From Burkholderiales bacterium (GTDB taxonomy: Bacteria; Pseudomonadota; Gammaproteobacteria; Burkholderiales; Burkholderiaceae_C): DNA of 64,000 nt. Position numbers and translations under genes: made by a program. Where the stretch lies: contig JANMCC010000197.1 of assembly GCA_031360885.1 (NCBI GenBank), positions 1,026 to 65,025 on the forward strand. The letters are read 5' to 3'. Positions 19,954 through 30,527 of this stretch are shown here, in pieces (position 1 is the first letter of the stretch; the number at the start of each line of letters is the position of its first letter). Under the pieces are notes generated by a model. The model worked only from the letters and a program-made list of their open reading frames with translations. It was not told the DNA's origin and made no database searches.

Positions 19954-20628
19954 ATGAAGCTGCACTACCACCCGATCTCCACGACCTGCCGCACTCTCAT
20001 GCTGTTCGCCGCCGAAAACGGCATTCCGCTGGAGATGCAGGTGGTCGACCTGTTCACCGGCGAGCACATGCAGCCGAAGTACGCGGGGCTCAACCCCAAC
20101 CGCCTGATCCCGACCCTGGAGGACGGCGACTTCGTGCTGACCGAGAACTCGGCGATCCTGAAATACCTGGCCGAGAAGACCGGCTCGCCGGCCTACCCGA
20201 AGGACCTGCAGAAGCGGGCGCGCGTCAACGAGCGCATGGACTGGACCAGCACCCAGCTCTGCAGCGACCTGGTCTACGGCCTGGTCTATCCGCAGATCTT
20301 CGACAGCCACAAGCGGCGCAGCGACGAGGCCCAGGCCGCCACGCTGGAACGCGCGAAAGAACGTGCGCAGACCTGGCTCGCGGTGCTCGACGAGCACATC
20401 CTCGGCCCGGGCAGCAATTACCTGTGCGGCGACGCGCTGACGATCGCCGACTACCATGCGGTGTCGTACGTGGCGCTGGCCGAGGTGATCGGCAGCGACC
20501 TCGCCGCCTACCCCAACGTCAAGGCCTGGCTCGCCCGCATGAAGTCGCTGAAGAGCTGGCCGCAGGTGTTCGCGGTGATCGACGGCTACGCCGCCACGCT
20601 CAAGGACAAGGCCATGGTGGCCGTCTGA
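19954..20628 (+). CDS. Glutathione S-transferase
   Basis: LNPNRLIPTLEDGDFVLTENSAILKYLAEK, LTIADY; AAGGAG RBS. Confidence 0.95.
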   Translation: MKLHYHPISTTCRTLMLFAAENGIPLEMQVVDLFTGEHMQPKYAGLNPNRLIPTLEDGDFVLTENSAILKYLAEKTGSPAYPKDLQKRARVNERMDWTSTQLCSDLVYGLVYPQIFDSHKRRSDEAQAATLERAKERAQTWLAVLDEHILGPGSNYLCGDALTIADYHAVSYVALAEVIGSDLAAYPNVKAWLARMKSLKSWPQVFAVIDGYAATLKDKAMVAV

Positions 20629-20659
20629 TCCCGACCACCCGGAGTTCGAGGAGCGCGTC

Positions 20660-21148
20660 ATGATCCGCAAGCTGCACCACAACGCCTACCGCTGCCGCGA
20701 CTCGGAAGAGACGCGCCGGTTCTACGAAGACTTCCTCGGCCTGCCGCTGGTGCAGGCGTTCGAGATCGGCCGCACCAAGACCGGCCGCGAGACGCATGCG
20801 CTGCACACCTTCTACCGGCTCGACGACGGCTCTCACCTCGCCTTCTTCGAAACTGCCGACATGCCGTTCGAGTTCAAGGCGCAGCACGACTTCGACCTGC
20901 ACATCGCGCTCGAGGTCGGCGCCGAGGCGCTGCCGGCGATGCTGGCCAAGGGGCGCGAGCACGGCATCGAGTGCCGAGGACCTTCGGACCACGGGATGAT
21001 CGACTCGATCTACTTCCGCGATCCGAACGGCTACGTCATCGAGCTCTGCGCCAGGCGCGCCGACCACGACGCGCAGATGGACCCGGCGAGCAACGGCGCG
21101 AGCGCCACGCTGCAGCGCTGGACCGCGGGAAAAAGGGAGCACGCATGA
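20660..21148 (+). CDS. VOC/glyoxalase family protein
   Basis: [36 protein letters not shown]. Confidence 0.92.
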   Translation: MIRKLHHNAYRCRDSEETRRFYEDFLGLPLVQAFEIGRTKTGRETHALHTFYRLDDGSHLAFFETADMPFEFKAQHDFDLHIALEVGAEALPAMLAKGREHGIECRGPSDHGMIDSIYFRDPNGYVIELCARRADHDAQMDPASNGASATLQRWTAGKREHA

Positions 21149-21936
21149 TCGTCGAGCGCATCTGGACCGGCAACGCCTACCGCAACTACAACTACCTGAT
21201 CGCCTGCCCGGAGAGCGGCGAGGCGCTGGCGATCGATCCGCTGGACAGCGAGAAGTGCCTGAACGCGGCCCGGGTGAAGGGCTGGCAGATCACGCAGATC
21301 CTGAACACGCACGAGCACCACGACCACACCGGCGGCAATGCGGCGGTGGTCGCCGCGACCGGCGCCAAGGTGATCGCGCACCACCAGGCCGGGTCGCGCA
21401 TCGCCGGGATGGATCGCGGCGTCAAGGCCGGCGACGTGATCAAGGTCGGCAAGACCGTCGAGCTCGAATGCTTGGACACGCCGGGCCACACGATGTGCCA
21501 CATCTGCCTGCGCTCGCACACGGAGCAGCCCGCCCTCTTCTCCGGCGACACGCTGTTCAACGCCGGCGCCGGCAACTGCCACAACGGCGGCAATGCGGAA
21601 GACCTGTACGCCACCTTCGTCGAGCAGCTCGCCAGGCTGCCCGACGACACGCGCGTCTACCCGGGCCACGATTACATCGAGAACAACCTGCGCTTCACGC
21701 TGGCGCGCGAGCCCGACAACGCCGCCGCGAAGGCGCTGCTGCCCGCGGTGGCGGGCCAGGACCCGGCGACCGCCCGCGGGACCACGCGGGGGGGGGAGAA
21801 GACGATCAACACCTTCCTGCGCCTGCGAAGCCCCGGCGTGATCGCCGAGCTGCGCGAGGCCTTTCCCGAGCTGCCCGAGAACCCGGATCCGAAGACGGTG
21901 TTCGTCAAGCTGCGCGAGCTGCGCAACAGCTGGTGA
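21145..21936 (+). CDS. gloB: Hydroxyacylglutathione hydrolase (glyoxalase II)
   Basis: [31 protein letters not shown]-fold motifs; ATGA coupling to the VOC gene. Confidence 0.88.
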   Translation: MIVERIWTGNAYRNYNYLIACPESGEALAIDPLDSEKCLNAARVKGWQITQILNTHEHHDHTGGNAAVVAATGAKVIAHHQAGSRIAGMDRGVKAGDVIKVGKTVELECLDTPGHTMCHICLRSHTEQPALFSGDTLFNAGAGNCHNGGNAEDLYATFVEQLARLPDDTRVYPGHDYIENNLRFTLAREPDNAAAKALLPAVAGQDPATARGTTRGGEKTINTFLRLRSPGVIAELREAFPELPENPDPKTVFVKLRELRNSW

Positions 21937-21980
21937 CCGGCGGCGGGATCGACAAGCAATTCAACGAAGGAGTGCAGCGG

Positions 21981-22796
21981 ATGGCGATGGACGTGGTGGA
22001 CTACGAGATCAAGGGCGCGGAGATGCAGTTCGTCGAGGTCGAGCTCGACCCGGGCGAGGCGGCGATCGGCGAGGCCGGCAGCATGATGTTCATGGACGCC
22101 GGTATCCAGATGGACACCTTGTTCGGCGACGGCTCGGCCTCGCAGGGCAGCGGCCTCTTCGGCAAGCTGCTCGGCGCGGGCAAGCGCCTGGTCACGGGCG
22201 AATCGCTCTTCACCACGGTCTACACCAACGGCGCTTCGGCCAAGCGGCGCGTGGCCTTCGCCGCGCCCTACCCCGGCAAGATCCTGCCGATGGACCTGCG
22301 CCAGCTCGGCGGCACCCTGATCTGCCAGAAGGACGCGTTCCTCTGCGCCGCGCGTGGCGTCTCGCTCGGCATCTACTTCCAGCAGAAGCTCTCGGTCGGC
22401 TTCTTCGGCGGCGAGGGCTTCATCATGCAGAAGCTCGACGGCGACGGCCTCGCCTTCGTGCATGCCGGCGGCACGGTGGAAAGGCGCGAGCTGCAGGCCG
22501 GCCAGACGCTCTTCATCGACACCGGCTGCATCGTCGCGCTGACGCCGAGCGTCAGCTTCGAGATCCAGTACGTCGGCAAGATCAAGACCGCGCTCTTCGG
22601 TGGCGAGGGCCTGTTCTTCGCCAAGGTCACCGGGCCCGGCACGGTGTGGCTGCAGAGCCTGCCGTTCTCGCGCCTGGCGTCGCGCGTGTTCGCCGCGGCG
22701 CCGCAGCGCGGCGGCTCGCGCGAGGAAGGCTCTGTTCTCGGCGCCGGCGCGATCGGCGGGGTGCTGGGCGGGATCTTCGGCGGCGACGACGAGTAG
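21981..22796 (+). CDS. TIGR00266/AIM24 family protein
   Basis: [49 protein letters not shown]. Confidence 0.9.
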   Translation: MAMDVVDYEIKGAEMQFVEVELDPGEAAIGEAGSMMFMDAGIQMDTLFGDGSASQGSGLFGKLLGAGKRLVTGESLFTTVYTNGASAKRRVAFAAPYPGKILPMDLRQLGGTLICQKDAFLCAARGVSLGIYFQQKLSVGFFGGEGFIMQKLDGDGLAFVHAGGTVERRELQAGQTLFIDTGCIVALTPSVSFEIQYVGKIKTALFGGEGLFFAKVTGPGTVWLQSLPFSRLASRVFAAAPQRGGSREEGSVLGAGAIGGVLGGIFGGDDE

Positions 22797-22817
22797 CGGC
22801 GTCGGCGGCCCTCGCCA

Positions 22818-24332
22818 TCAGGTGCCGCAGAAGGTCTGGTAGCAGGCCGTGGCCTCGGCGGCCGCCGGCTCGGCATAGCCGGCGTTGTCGGCGATCTCGT
22901 CGTAGGGACGGCGCAAGGCGTCGAGCAGCCGATCGAAGGGGCCGAGGTTGCCGTCGTCGGAAGCCGCGGCCAGCGCTTCCTCGACCCGATGGTTGCGCGG
23001 GATCAGCCACGGGTTGACGCGGCGCATGCGGGCGGCGCGCGCCTCGCCCGCCGCCGCGCCGCCGACGGCGCGGCCTTCCTCCTCGCGCGCGCAGCGCTCG
23101 CGCCAGCGCGCCAGCCACGCCTCGAGGTTGCTCGCGTCGGCGAACAGCGCGCGCAATGGCGCATCGTCGCCCGCGGCCGCGTCGGCGAGGCGGCGCCAGG
23201 CGAGCGTGAAGTCGGCTTGGCCGGCGTGCAGCAACTCCAGCCAGTCAGCGGCGAGCGCGGCGTCGGCGACCTCGGCGGCGCCGTCCACAGGCTGCAAGCC
23301 GAGCTTCGCGCGCTGGCCCTCGAGCAGGTGGCGGGCATACAGCGCCGGAAACGCCTCGATGACCGCCGTGGCCCGCGCCGCGGCCTCTTCGGGCTCGTCG
23401 GAGAAGAGCGGCAGCAGCGCCTCGGCCAGGCGCGTGAGGTTCCATTGCGCGATGCCGGGCTGGTTGCCGAAGGCATAGCGGCCGTGGCGGTCGATCGAGC
23501 TGAACACCGCCGCCGGGTCGTAGGCCTCGACGAACGCGCAGGGACCGTAGTCGATGGTCTCGCCCGAGAGCGTCATGTTGTCGGTGTTCATCACGCCGTG
23601 GATGAAGCCGACGTTCATCCACTGCGCGATCAGCGCGGCCTGGCGGGCGCACACGCGCTCGAGCAGCGCGGGAAAGCGGCCGGGCGTGCCGGCGAGGTCG
23701 GCGTCGTGGCGGGCGAGCGTGTACTCGGCGAGCTGGCGCACGCGGGCGACGTCGCCGCGGGCGGCGAAGAACTGGAAGGTGCCGACGCGGATGTGGCTCG
23801 CCGCCACGCGCGTGAGCACGGCGCCGGGCAGCACCGTCTCGCGCAGCACCGGCTGCCCGGTGGCCACGACGGCGAGCGCGCGCGTGGTCGGGATGCCGAG
23901 GGCGTGCATCGCTTCGCCGACGAGCACCTCGCGCAGCATCGGCCCGACCGCCGCCTTGCCGTCGCCGCCGCGCGAGAACGGGGTTCGGCCCGAGCCTTTC
24001 AGGGCGATGTCGCGGCGCCGGCCGACGCGGTCGATCACCTCGCCGAGCAGCACCGCCCGGCCGTCGCCGAGCTGCGGCGAGAAGCCGCCGAACTGATGGC
24101 CGGCATAGGCCTGGGCGATCGGCTCGGCGCCTTCGGGCAGCGCGTTGCCGGCGAACAGCGCGACGCCGGCCTCGCCGGCAAGCGCCGCGGCGTCGAGACC
24201 GAGCTCTTCGGCGAGCGCCGCGTTGAAGAACAGCGACTTCGGCTCGGGCGCGGCTTCGGGGCGCCAGGGCACGGAGAAGCCTTCGAGGTCGCGGGCGTAG
24301 GAGTTTTCGAGGGTAAAGGGGACGGCAGCCAT
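22818..24332 (-). CDS. selO: Protein adenylyltransferase SelO (YdiU), Cys-type C-terminus
   Basis: YAGHQFGGFSPQLGDGRA, LKGSGRTPFSRGGDGKA, HGVMNTDN, IDYGP, C-terminal TFCGT. Confidence 0.95.
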   Translation of the reverse strand: MAAVPFTLENSYARDLEGFSVPWRPEAAPEPKSLFFNAALAEELGLDAAALAGEAGVALFAGNALPEGAEPIAQAYAGHQFGGFSPQLGDGRAVLLGEVIDRVGRRRDIALKGSGRTPFSRGGDGKAAVGPMLREVLVGEAMHALGIPTTRALAVVATGQPVLRETVLPGAVLTRVAASHIRVGTFQFFAARGDVARVRQLAEYTLARHDADLAGTPGRFPALLERVCARQAALIAQWMNVGFIHGVMNTDNMTLSGETIDYGPCAFVEAYDPAAVFSSIDRHGRYAFGNQPGIAQWNLTRLAEALLPLFSDEPEEAAARATAVIEAFPALYARHLLEGQRAKLGLQPVDGAAEVADAALAADWLELLHAGQADFTLAWRRLADAAAGDDAPLRALFADASNLEAWLARWRERCAREEEGRAVGGAAAGEARAARMRRVNPWLIPRNHRVEEALAAASDDGNLGPFDRLLDALRRPYDEIADNAGYAEPAAAEATACYQTFCGT

Positions 24333-24353
24333 GGGGAGACCTGGAGGGACTGC

Positions 24354-26888
24354 CTAGAGTTTGAATGACTTCGGGAGGGCGTGCGGATCAGGGTCGAGCG
24401 CGCTGGCGGATGTTGTCACCCAGGCGCCATGACGATATTGCTCGACGCCGCTTGCCTGCGGGTCGATCCTGAACAGATGCAGCCAGCCGTTGCCCACCAG
24501 ATGGCGCACGATCTCGTGGCCAGCCATCACGGTGTCGATGGCATCTCGCGGCGCTTCGATGAAGACGCTGAGGCGCAGCGGCTCATGGCGCAGCGTATGG
24601 CCGTCGTGCAGCGACTGCATCGGCAGGCCGATGCGCAGGTCGCCGCCGTTTCCCACGAACACGCCCAGGTGCCCACCCACCACGTTGTGCAGCACCTTGT
24701 TGCCGCTGCCGTAGCGCCGGTTGTCGACCGTGGAGGCGTGGTACTGCATGTTGATCCAGTGGGTCACCACCATGGGCGCAGTCATGATCAGGGTCAGCAC
24801 CCCGAGATCGGGGTCGAGCCGATGGTCATAGTCGTGCAGGAAACATCGGCCAGCCAGATTGAGGTGCTTGGTGCGTGAACGCGGCGCGACGATGAACGCG
24901 GCGTTGTTGGCCAGACCCCATTCGGGGCGCACCTGCGCCCAGTCGTTGGCACGTTCCAGCACCGCCCGCTTCAAGGCCGCGTCTTGGCCTGCCAACGCGC
25001 CCAGGCCCAGCCCCTCGGCACGCTCGCTGCGCGCGAGGGCTCCGGCGGCTTCGAGCCAGACGCGCAGTTGCATCAGTTCCGCCTGCAGCGCGGCAGGCAC
25101 GCCGTCGGTGTCGTACAGCAGCACCTGGTCGGTTGTGGTGTTGTGCAGAGCGGGCAGGAAGTGTGTGTCGCTGGGGATGGCGATGCCCAGCGCTCGCAAG
25201 TGTTCGCGCACGGCCGATGTGTTGAGCATGCCGGCCAGCACACGGGCATTCACCTCGCCGGTCTGGCCGCCGCATGCGCCGCAGTCGAGCCCCGCGCTGT
25301 GCGGGTTGTTGGCACTCTGGCTGCCGTGGCCGGCTAGCACCACCAGCCGGGCAAAGCCGCTGACCAGGCCCATCGCACCCAGGATGCCCTTGGCGATGGC
25401 GGCGGCTGCCGCCGGGTCCGTGCCGGCCTGGGGCAAGCAGGGCCGCAGGGTCGCTGCAACCTGGGCGGGCAGGCCGGTGTCTTCCCAGCGCGCAGGGGCG
25501 GTGGTGGAAGGCAGGCTGTCGGCCAGCAACTTACCGCCATACAACAGGCCCATGGTTTCAACGAAGCTGAAGGCCGACGCCGGCGCGGCACGGAACTCGG
25601 CCCAGCGTTGGCGCCACTGCAAGGCATGGCGGCGCTGCCGGGCCAGCAGCTGTCCCAGTCCGTCGCTGCCGGTGTCTTCGGTCACGCAATGCGCCGGCGT
25701 CAGCAGGCCCGGCAACTGCGGGCGCTTCAACGCACTGCCCACTGGAGAGTAGGCAATGAACAGGCCGAAGAATCCGGCAAAGCCAAGGGTCTGCACGTCT
25801 GGGCTGACAGACTCCAGTGCACGGCGAAAGACTTCGGAACGCACGTCGATGCAGAACATCGCCTGCACCGCCGGACGCTGCTGCATAGCGCCAGGCAACG
25901 GCTGGCTCAGGCCTCGAATCAGCGGCTGCTGGTAGGCGATCTCGGTGGCACTCTGAAGCAACCAGTCCGTGCGCTGCGCCGACTGCAGCTCGGCAACAGC
26001 CTGCCCAGCGCGGCCCCACTGCGCGGCCCAGCCTGCGGGCAAGGTACCTTCGGGCGCGTCGTCGAACAGCAACCACTCCCAGGCGATGCGGATGGCCAGC
26101 AGGTGCTCGATCTGGTCGTTGTCGCCGGCGCCCAGACGCGCTTGCCAGCGTTCATGGGCGCACCACGCGGCCCAGCCTCCGATGGCCAGGAGCACAGAGC
26201 TGAGGTAGCTCTCGCGCCCTTCTTCGGCGATGCCCAGGCGCTGCAGCGCAGCGGCTATCAGCGCTCGCGGCGCGGTAGGAAGGTTCGCCAGGCGCTGGCG
26301 CAGTGCGCCGTGTCCGTGGCGCCAGACCGGGCCGTGATCGGCCGCGAGCTGCTGGCACCAGCTCTCCAGCAGGCTCTTGGAATGGTCCATGGCCCAGGCG
26401 GCCTGGTGGCGGTCGAAGTAGGCCGCGCAGTGCTGGCTGACCTGGTGGGTGACAAGATCGGCCCAGCTCAGGCCGGGGCGCGGTGCGGCCACGCGGTCAC
26501 GCAGGTCAGTCACCAATGGCAAGCGCGATAGCGGCGCGGACGGGCCTTCCAACGCGGCGACCAGCTGGGCCACGCGGGCGCGCTGCTCCTCGAGCGACGC
26601 GGCTGCGCTGTGCTCGACCGCCACGGCGGCCTGCAGGTGCTGCTCCTGCAACCGGCCCTCAGCCCACTGCTCGCGGAACCACTCGCGGGGCATGGTCAGC
26701 CGTGTGCCCGCCAGCGTGCCGAGCGCTGCGGCGGCGTCGGGCATGGGCCGACCGACCCAACCCCAGTAGGGATTGACGGCAATGAACTCGTCCAGCGGCC
26801 AAGTGGGGGCGATGCGCGCTGCCGCAGTGTCGATGTGCTTGGCCAGTGCCTGCGTTTGCAGCCCGGGTGTTTCGACGACGGCGTTCAT
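24354..26888 (-). CDS. dabA: Inorganic carbon transporter subunit DabA (DUF2309; beta-carbonic anhydrase-like)
   Basis: PTWPLDEFIAVNP, FCIDVRSE, GHGS, LDCGACGG, RPEWGLA, APMVVTHWINMQY. Confidence 0.93.
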   Translation of the reverse strand: MNAVVETPGLQTQALAKHIDTAAARIAPTWPLDEFIAVNPYWGWVGRPMPDAAAALGTLAGTRLTMPREWFREQWAEGRLQEQHLQAAVAVEHSAAASLEEQRARVAQLVAALEGPSAPLSRLPLVTDLRDRVAAPRPGLSWADLVTHQVSQHCAAYFDRHQAAWAMDHSKSLLESWCQQLAADHGPVWRHGHGALRQRLANLPTAPRALIAAALQRLGIAEEGRESYLSSVLLAIGGWAAWCAHERWQARLGAGDNDQIEHLLAIRIAWEWLLFDDAPEGTLPAGWAAQWGRAGQAVAELQSAQRTDWLLQSATEIAYQQPLIRGLSQPLPGAMQQRPAVQAMFCIDVRSEVFRRALESVSPDVQTLGFAGFFGLFIAYSPVGSALKRPQLPGLLTPAHCVTEDTGSDGLGQLLARQRRHALQWRQRWAEFRAAPASAFSFVETMGLLYGGKLLADSLPSTTAPARWEDTGLPAQVAATLRPCLPQAGTDPAAAAAIAKGILGAMGLVSGFARLVVLAGHGSQSANNPHSAGLDCGACGGQTGEVNARVLAGMLNTSAVREHLRALGIAIPSDTHFLPALHNTTTDQVLLYDTDGVPAALQAELMQLRVWLEAAGALARSERAEGLGLGALAGQDAALKRAVLERANDWAQVRPEWGLANNAAFIVAPRSRTKHLNLAGRCFLHDYDHRLDPDLGVLTLIMTAPMVVTHWINMQYHASTVDNRRYGSGNKVLHNVVGGHLGVFVGNGGDLRIGLPMQSLHDGHTLRHEPLRLSVFIEAPRDAIDTVMAGHEIVRHLVGNGWLHLFRIDPQASGVEQYRHGAWVTTSASALDPDPHALPKSFKL

Positions 26889-28516
26889 GCACGGGCACCG
26901 ACGGGTGTGGAATCGAGGACCGTGCTGGCGTCAGTCGAGGGCAGCGGCGCGGCGGCGGCCGCGGGCCCGGGCGGGTGCCACAGGGCGAAGGCGATCCGGT
27001 TGAACTTCTCGTCCAGGAACAACCCGCCGTAGAACCAGGGGTACAGGCGGAGCGCCAGCGCGCCCTGCGGCGCCACCGCGATGAGCGACTGCAACAGGAA
27101 CAGCCCCGCGAAAGCCAGTGCCACGAGCAGCCACAAGGCCGTCGGCGCGGTGGCCGCGTTCGGCGTCAACCAGACTGCACCGAGCGCGTGCAGGCCGAAA
27201 TAGGCCAGCGCCACGCCAAGGGCCCCCAGGGCCAGCGCCGGCAGCCACAGGCCGCCCAGGCGCAGGGACTGGGCATGCACCAGCGGCACCAGGGCCAGGG
27301 CAACGATGCCGGCCAGCACCGCCACCGCGGGCGACGCGGCGGCATGCTCCGGCAGCAGCATCCCGAATACCGTCCTGGCTGCCAGCATCATGCCCACGCC
27401 GATCAGCGCGCCGGCCACCAGCGCCAGCGGCCCCGGCGCCGCGGCTCGAGGCGTCAACTGCACCAGCATCGCTCGGCGCACCGCGCCCCCGGCGCCCAGG
27501 AAGGCGTGGGCCTTGTACAGCGAATGCGCCACCAGGTGCACAAGCGCCATCTCCCACACGCCCAGACCACACTGCATCAGCATGAAGCCCATCTGCGCCG
27601 TGGTGGACCAGGCCAGCATCACCTTGATGCTGATGCGCGTGGTCATCACCAGCGCCGCCAGCACAGCCGTGGCCGTGCCCGCCACCACCAGCAGGACCTG
27701 CGCGGCCGGCACCTCGCCCACCAGCAGCGCAAAGCGCATCAGCACGAAACCGCCGAGGTTGACCACACCCGCATGCAGCAGGGCCGACACCGGCGTGGGC
27801 GCTTCCATCACCTGGATCAACCAGCCATGAAAGGGCAGTTGCGCGCATTTCAGCAGTGCGGCGCAAGCGATCAGCAGCACTGCGGCCTGCGCCGCCATCG
27901 GCAGCGGGTCTTGTGCTGCAAGCAGCGCGATCCGGTCGATTTGCAGAGTGCCGAAGGCGGTGTACAGCAGGCCGGCGGCGGCCAGCATGGCCACGTCGGC
28001 CGCTCGGCCGACAATGAACTTCTTGTGGGCCGCCACCACTGCAGCAGGCCGTTCGCCAAAGAACGTGAGCAACCGGTGCAGCGCCAGGCTGGTGGCCGCC
28101 CAGGCCAGGGTCAGTACCAGCACGTTGTTCGTCGCCACCACCAAGGTCACGGTGGCCAGCGTGGCCATCAGCCAGCGCACGTAGTGGCGCTCGTCGCGCT
28201 CACCGTTCAGGTAGGGCTGCGAGTAGCGCACGATGACCCACCCGACGAAGGCCACCAGCACCATCACCACGCTGCCTACGGCATCGGCGCGCAGGCCATG
28301 GCCCGAGCCGGTCAGGCCCGACAGCACTGTCGCCAGCGACAGCACCGCGAAGGCCACCGCCGCCGCCGCTGCCCAGCGCGCGCCACGCCAGGCCGCCGCG
28401 GTGGTGGCGCCGGGACGGGCCCGCAGGGACGCCGCGCCGGCCGTGAGTGTCGGCCCCAGCACCAGGGCAACCTGCCAGAGTGGCAGTACGGGTGTGATGT
28501 CGTGGAGCGGAGTCAT
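26885..28516 (-). CDS. dabB: Inorganic carbon transporter subunit DabB (NuoL/MrpA-like membrane subunit)
   Basis: LKCAQLPFHGWLIQVMEAPTPVSALLHAG, STTAQMGFM, HSLYKAHAFL; ATGA-coupled to dabA. Confidence 0.9.
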   Translation of the reverse strand: MTPLHDITPVLPLWQVALVLGPTLTAGAASLRARPGATTAAAWRGARWAAAAAVAFAVLSLATVLSGLTGSGHGLRADAVGSVVMVLVAFVGWVIVRYSQPYLNGERDERHYVRWLMATLATVTLVVATNNVLVLTLAWAATSLALHRLLTFFGERPAAVVAAHKKFIVGRAADVAMLAAAGLLYTAFGTLQIDRIALLAAQDPLPMAAQAAVLLIACAALLKCAQLPFHGWLIQVMEAPTPVSALLHAGVVNLGGFVLMRFALLVGEVPAAQVLLVVAGTATAVLAALVMTTRISIKVMLAWSTTAQMGFMLMQCGLGVWEMALVHLVAHSLYKAHAFLGAGGAVRRAMLVQLTPRAAAPGPLALVAGALIGVGMMLAARTVFGMLLPEHAAASPAVAVLAGIVALALVPLVHAQSLRLGGLWLPALALGALGVALAYFGLHALGAVWLTPNAATAPTALWLLVALAFAGLFLLQSLIAVAPQGALALRLYPWFYGGLFLDEKFNRIAFALWHPPGPAAAAAPLPSTDASTVLDSTPVGARA

Positions 28517-28561
28517 GGCTGATCCCGTGTGGCGATGACCCACTGTGCCCAGATCACACTG

Positions 28562-28608
28562 TTCCGTAAAATACATTGTTCAGCATCTTATGTGCTGTAA
28601 AACAGAAC
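28562..28608. promoter_or_regulatory. Two direct-repeat boxes (TTCCGTAAAA at 28562, TGCTGTAAAA at 28593); candidate LysR sites
   Basis: AT-rich divergent intergenic region; the same motif pair recurs at 33268/33300. Confidence 0.5.
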
Positions 28609-28617
28609 GGTTGTCCG

Positions 28618-29523
28618 ATGTCGCGCCTGAACTTTCATCACTTGCACTACTTCTGGGCCGTGGCCAAGGAAGGCAACCTCACGCGCGCCGCGATGCGGTT
28701 GCATGTGTCGCAGTCGGCGCTGTCGGCGCAGATCAGGCAGCTCGAAGATCAGCTCGGCCAGCTCCTGTTCGCCCGCGTCGGCCGCAGCATGCAGCTCACC
28801 GAAGCCGGGCAGCTGGCGCTGGGTTATGCCGATTCGATCTTCGCCGCAGGCGCCGAACTGACCGCGCTGCTGCGCGAGGGCCACCGCGAAGAGCGCCAGG
28901 TGCTGCGCATCGGCGCCGTGGCCACGCTGTCACGGAATTTCCAGGAGAACTTTCTCCGGCCCCTGCTGGAGCGCGCCGATGTCGAACTGGTTCTGCACTC
29001 TGGCGGGTTGCCGGACCTGCTGGCGCGGCTGCGAGTGCACACGCTGGACCTGATCCTTTCCAACCAGCGTGTGCACGCCAGCGCCGACAACCCCTGGCGC
29101 TGCCAGCGCATCGCGCGCCAACCCGTCAGCCTCGTCGGCAGGCCGCGCCCCAAGCGAAAGGCGTTCCGCTTTCCAGACGAACTGGCCGAGGTTTCGTTGC
29201 TGCTGCCCGGGCGCGACAGCGACATCCGCACCGGCTTCGACGTGATGTGCGAGCAGCTCGGCATCCGCTACCGGCTGCGCGCCGAGGTCGACGACATGGC
29301 GCTGCTGCGCCTGCTCGCCCGCGACTCCGACAGCGTGGCGCTGCTGCCCACCGTGGTGGTGCAGGACGAGCTGCGAAGCGGGCGCCTGGTGCAATACGGC
29401 GTGGTGCCGGATCTCTACGAGAACTTCTACGCCATCTCGGTACGCCGGCACTTCGAGCCACCGTTGCTCAAGGCATTGCTCAAGCAATCGGAAGCGCAGG
29501 TGCTGGGCTCGGCGTCCGGTTGA
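28618..29523 (+). CDS. LysR-family regulator (NhaR-like), divergent from dabBA
   Basis: LNFHHLHYFWAVAKEGNLTRAAMRLHVSQSALSAQIRQLE. Confidence 0.95.
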   Translation: MSRLNFHHLHYFWAVAKEGNLTRAAMRLHVSQSALSAQIRQLEDQLGQLLFARVGRSMQLTEAGQLALGYADSIFAAGAELTALLREGHREERQVLRIGAVATLSRNFQENFLRPLLERADVELVLHSGGLPDLLARLRVHTLDLILSNQRVHASADNPWRCQRIARQPVSLVGRPRPKRKAFRFPDELAEVSLLLPGRDSDIRTGFDVMCEQLGIRYRLRAEVDDMALLRLLARDSDSVALLPTVVVQDELRSGRLVQYGVVPDLYENFYAISVRRHFEPPLLKALLKQSEAQVLGSASG

Positions 29524-29545
29524 CCCGCCGCGTGCGGTGGCGGGA

Positions 29546-29902
29546 TCAATCGGTACTGCGCATCCGACTGATGATCCCGCAAGCCAGGGCAATCAGCAGG
29601 ATGGCGCCACTCTCGTACAGCAGCACGACCGCGTCGGTTTCCTTGCCCTGCAGGATGATCAGACGGCTTAGCGCCGTGATGGCGATGAAGAGTGGCAGCA
29701 GGATGAGGTTGCGCTGCCGGCTGTAGAACGCCGCCAGCATCCCCAGCACCTCCGCATAGATGAACATCAGCAGCAGGTCCTTCAACTCGACCTTTCGATT
29801 CTCGACCAGCAGCAGGATCTCCTGCCCCATCGCGACCACGGTGAACGCCGCGATCAGCAGCAGGAAGAGCTTCTCGGTGGTGTCGATCGCGCGTTTGACC
29901 AT
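29546..29902 (-). CDS. PsiE-family membrane protein
   Basis: LKDLLLMFIYAEVLGM...PLFIAITALSRLII. Confidence 0.8.
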   Translation of the reverse strand: MVKRAIDTTEKLFLLLIAAFTVVAMGQEILLLVENRKVELKDLLLMFIYAEVLGMLAAFYSRQRNLILLPLFIAITALSRLIILQGKETDAVVLLYESGAILLIALACGIISRMRSTD

Positions 29903-29921
29903 CTTCGTCTCCTCACGAGGT

Positions 29922-30527
29922 TCACGTGCCGATCATGCGAAGAACGACAGCGTCCAGCGATGACCAGGCGGCGACTGCCAGCGCCAGCGGCCAGGCCGTG
30001 CCCAGCAGACCGCTGCCTGCCGCCAGCAGCAAGGCCAAGCCGTCGCGGCGAAGGAGACCCATTCCTGCAAAGACCAGCGCGAGCCCCGGGAGCACGTTGC
30101 CCAGCGGTATGGGTAGCGCAATCAAGGCGCCCATCAATGCGGCGCCTCCTGCCATGACACGATTCGGAAGCCGGTCGACAAGTGCGTGCAAACGCGGCCG
30201 GTGGGTCCGCGCGGCCAGATCGTGAAACCGCGCCAGTATTCGCAGGACGCGCAGTGCACGTTCCCGTGTCAAGCCGAAGCCGCCAAAGCGAGCCGGCAGA
30301 CTCATCTCGCCGGCACGTCTCCAGCTCATCACAGCCATCGCGAACACGGCCGCACCAACCACGGTGCCGATCCCGGGCAGCGGGCAAAGGCACAACGTTC
30401 CGAGCAACACCAGCAGCGCCTCTCGCACCTGCGGGCGGTGTGCATCGACCAGAAACTGCAGATTGGTTTGCTCGCCCTGCAGTTCATCGGCGGCGGACCT
30501 GAGCCGTTCGGCAATCGAGCCGGTCAC
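29922..30527 (-). CDS. ExoD-family membrane protein
   Basis: PLPGIGTV, LPIPLGNVLPG, RRDGL motifs; GTG start overlaps the terC stop (GTGA). Confidence 0.8.
   Translation of the reverse strand: MTGSIAERLRSAADELQGEQTNLQFLVDAHRPQVREALLVLLGTLCLCPLPGIGTVVGAAVFAMAVMSWRRAGEMSLPARFGGFGLTRERALRVLRILARFHDLAARTHRPRLHALVDRLPNRVMAGGAALMGALIALPIPLGNVLPGLALVFAGMGLLRRDGLALLLAAGSGLLGTAWPLALAVAAWSSLDAVVLRMIGT

Noticed and set aside
21788-21796. G9 homopolymer inside gloB, a possible phase-variation tract
   Set aside because: Frame is intact and gloB is a cytoplasmic housekeeping gene; the local translation (GTTRGGEK) looks like base-calling noise or drift. Needs reads to judge.
26885-28516. Orphan respiratory complex I subunit nuoL
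   Set aside because: Coupled to a DUF2309 gene with no other nuo genes, which indicates DabB.
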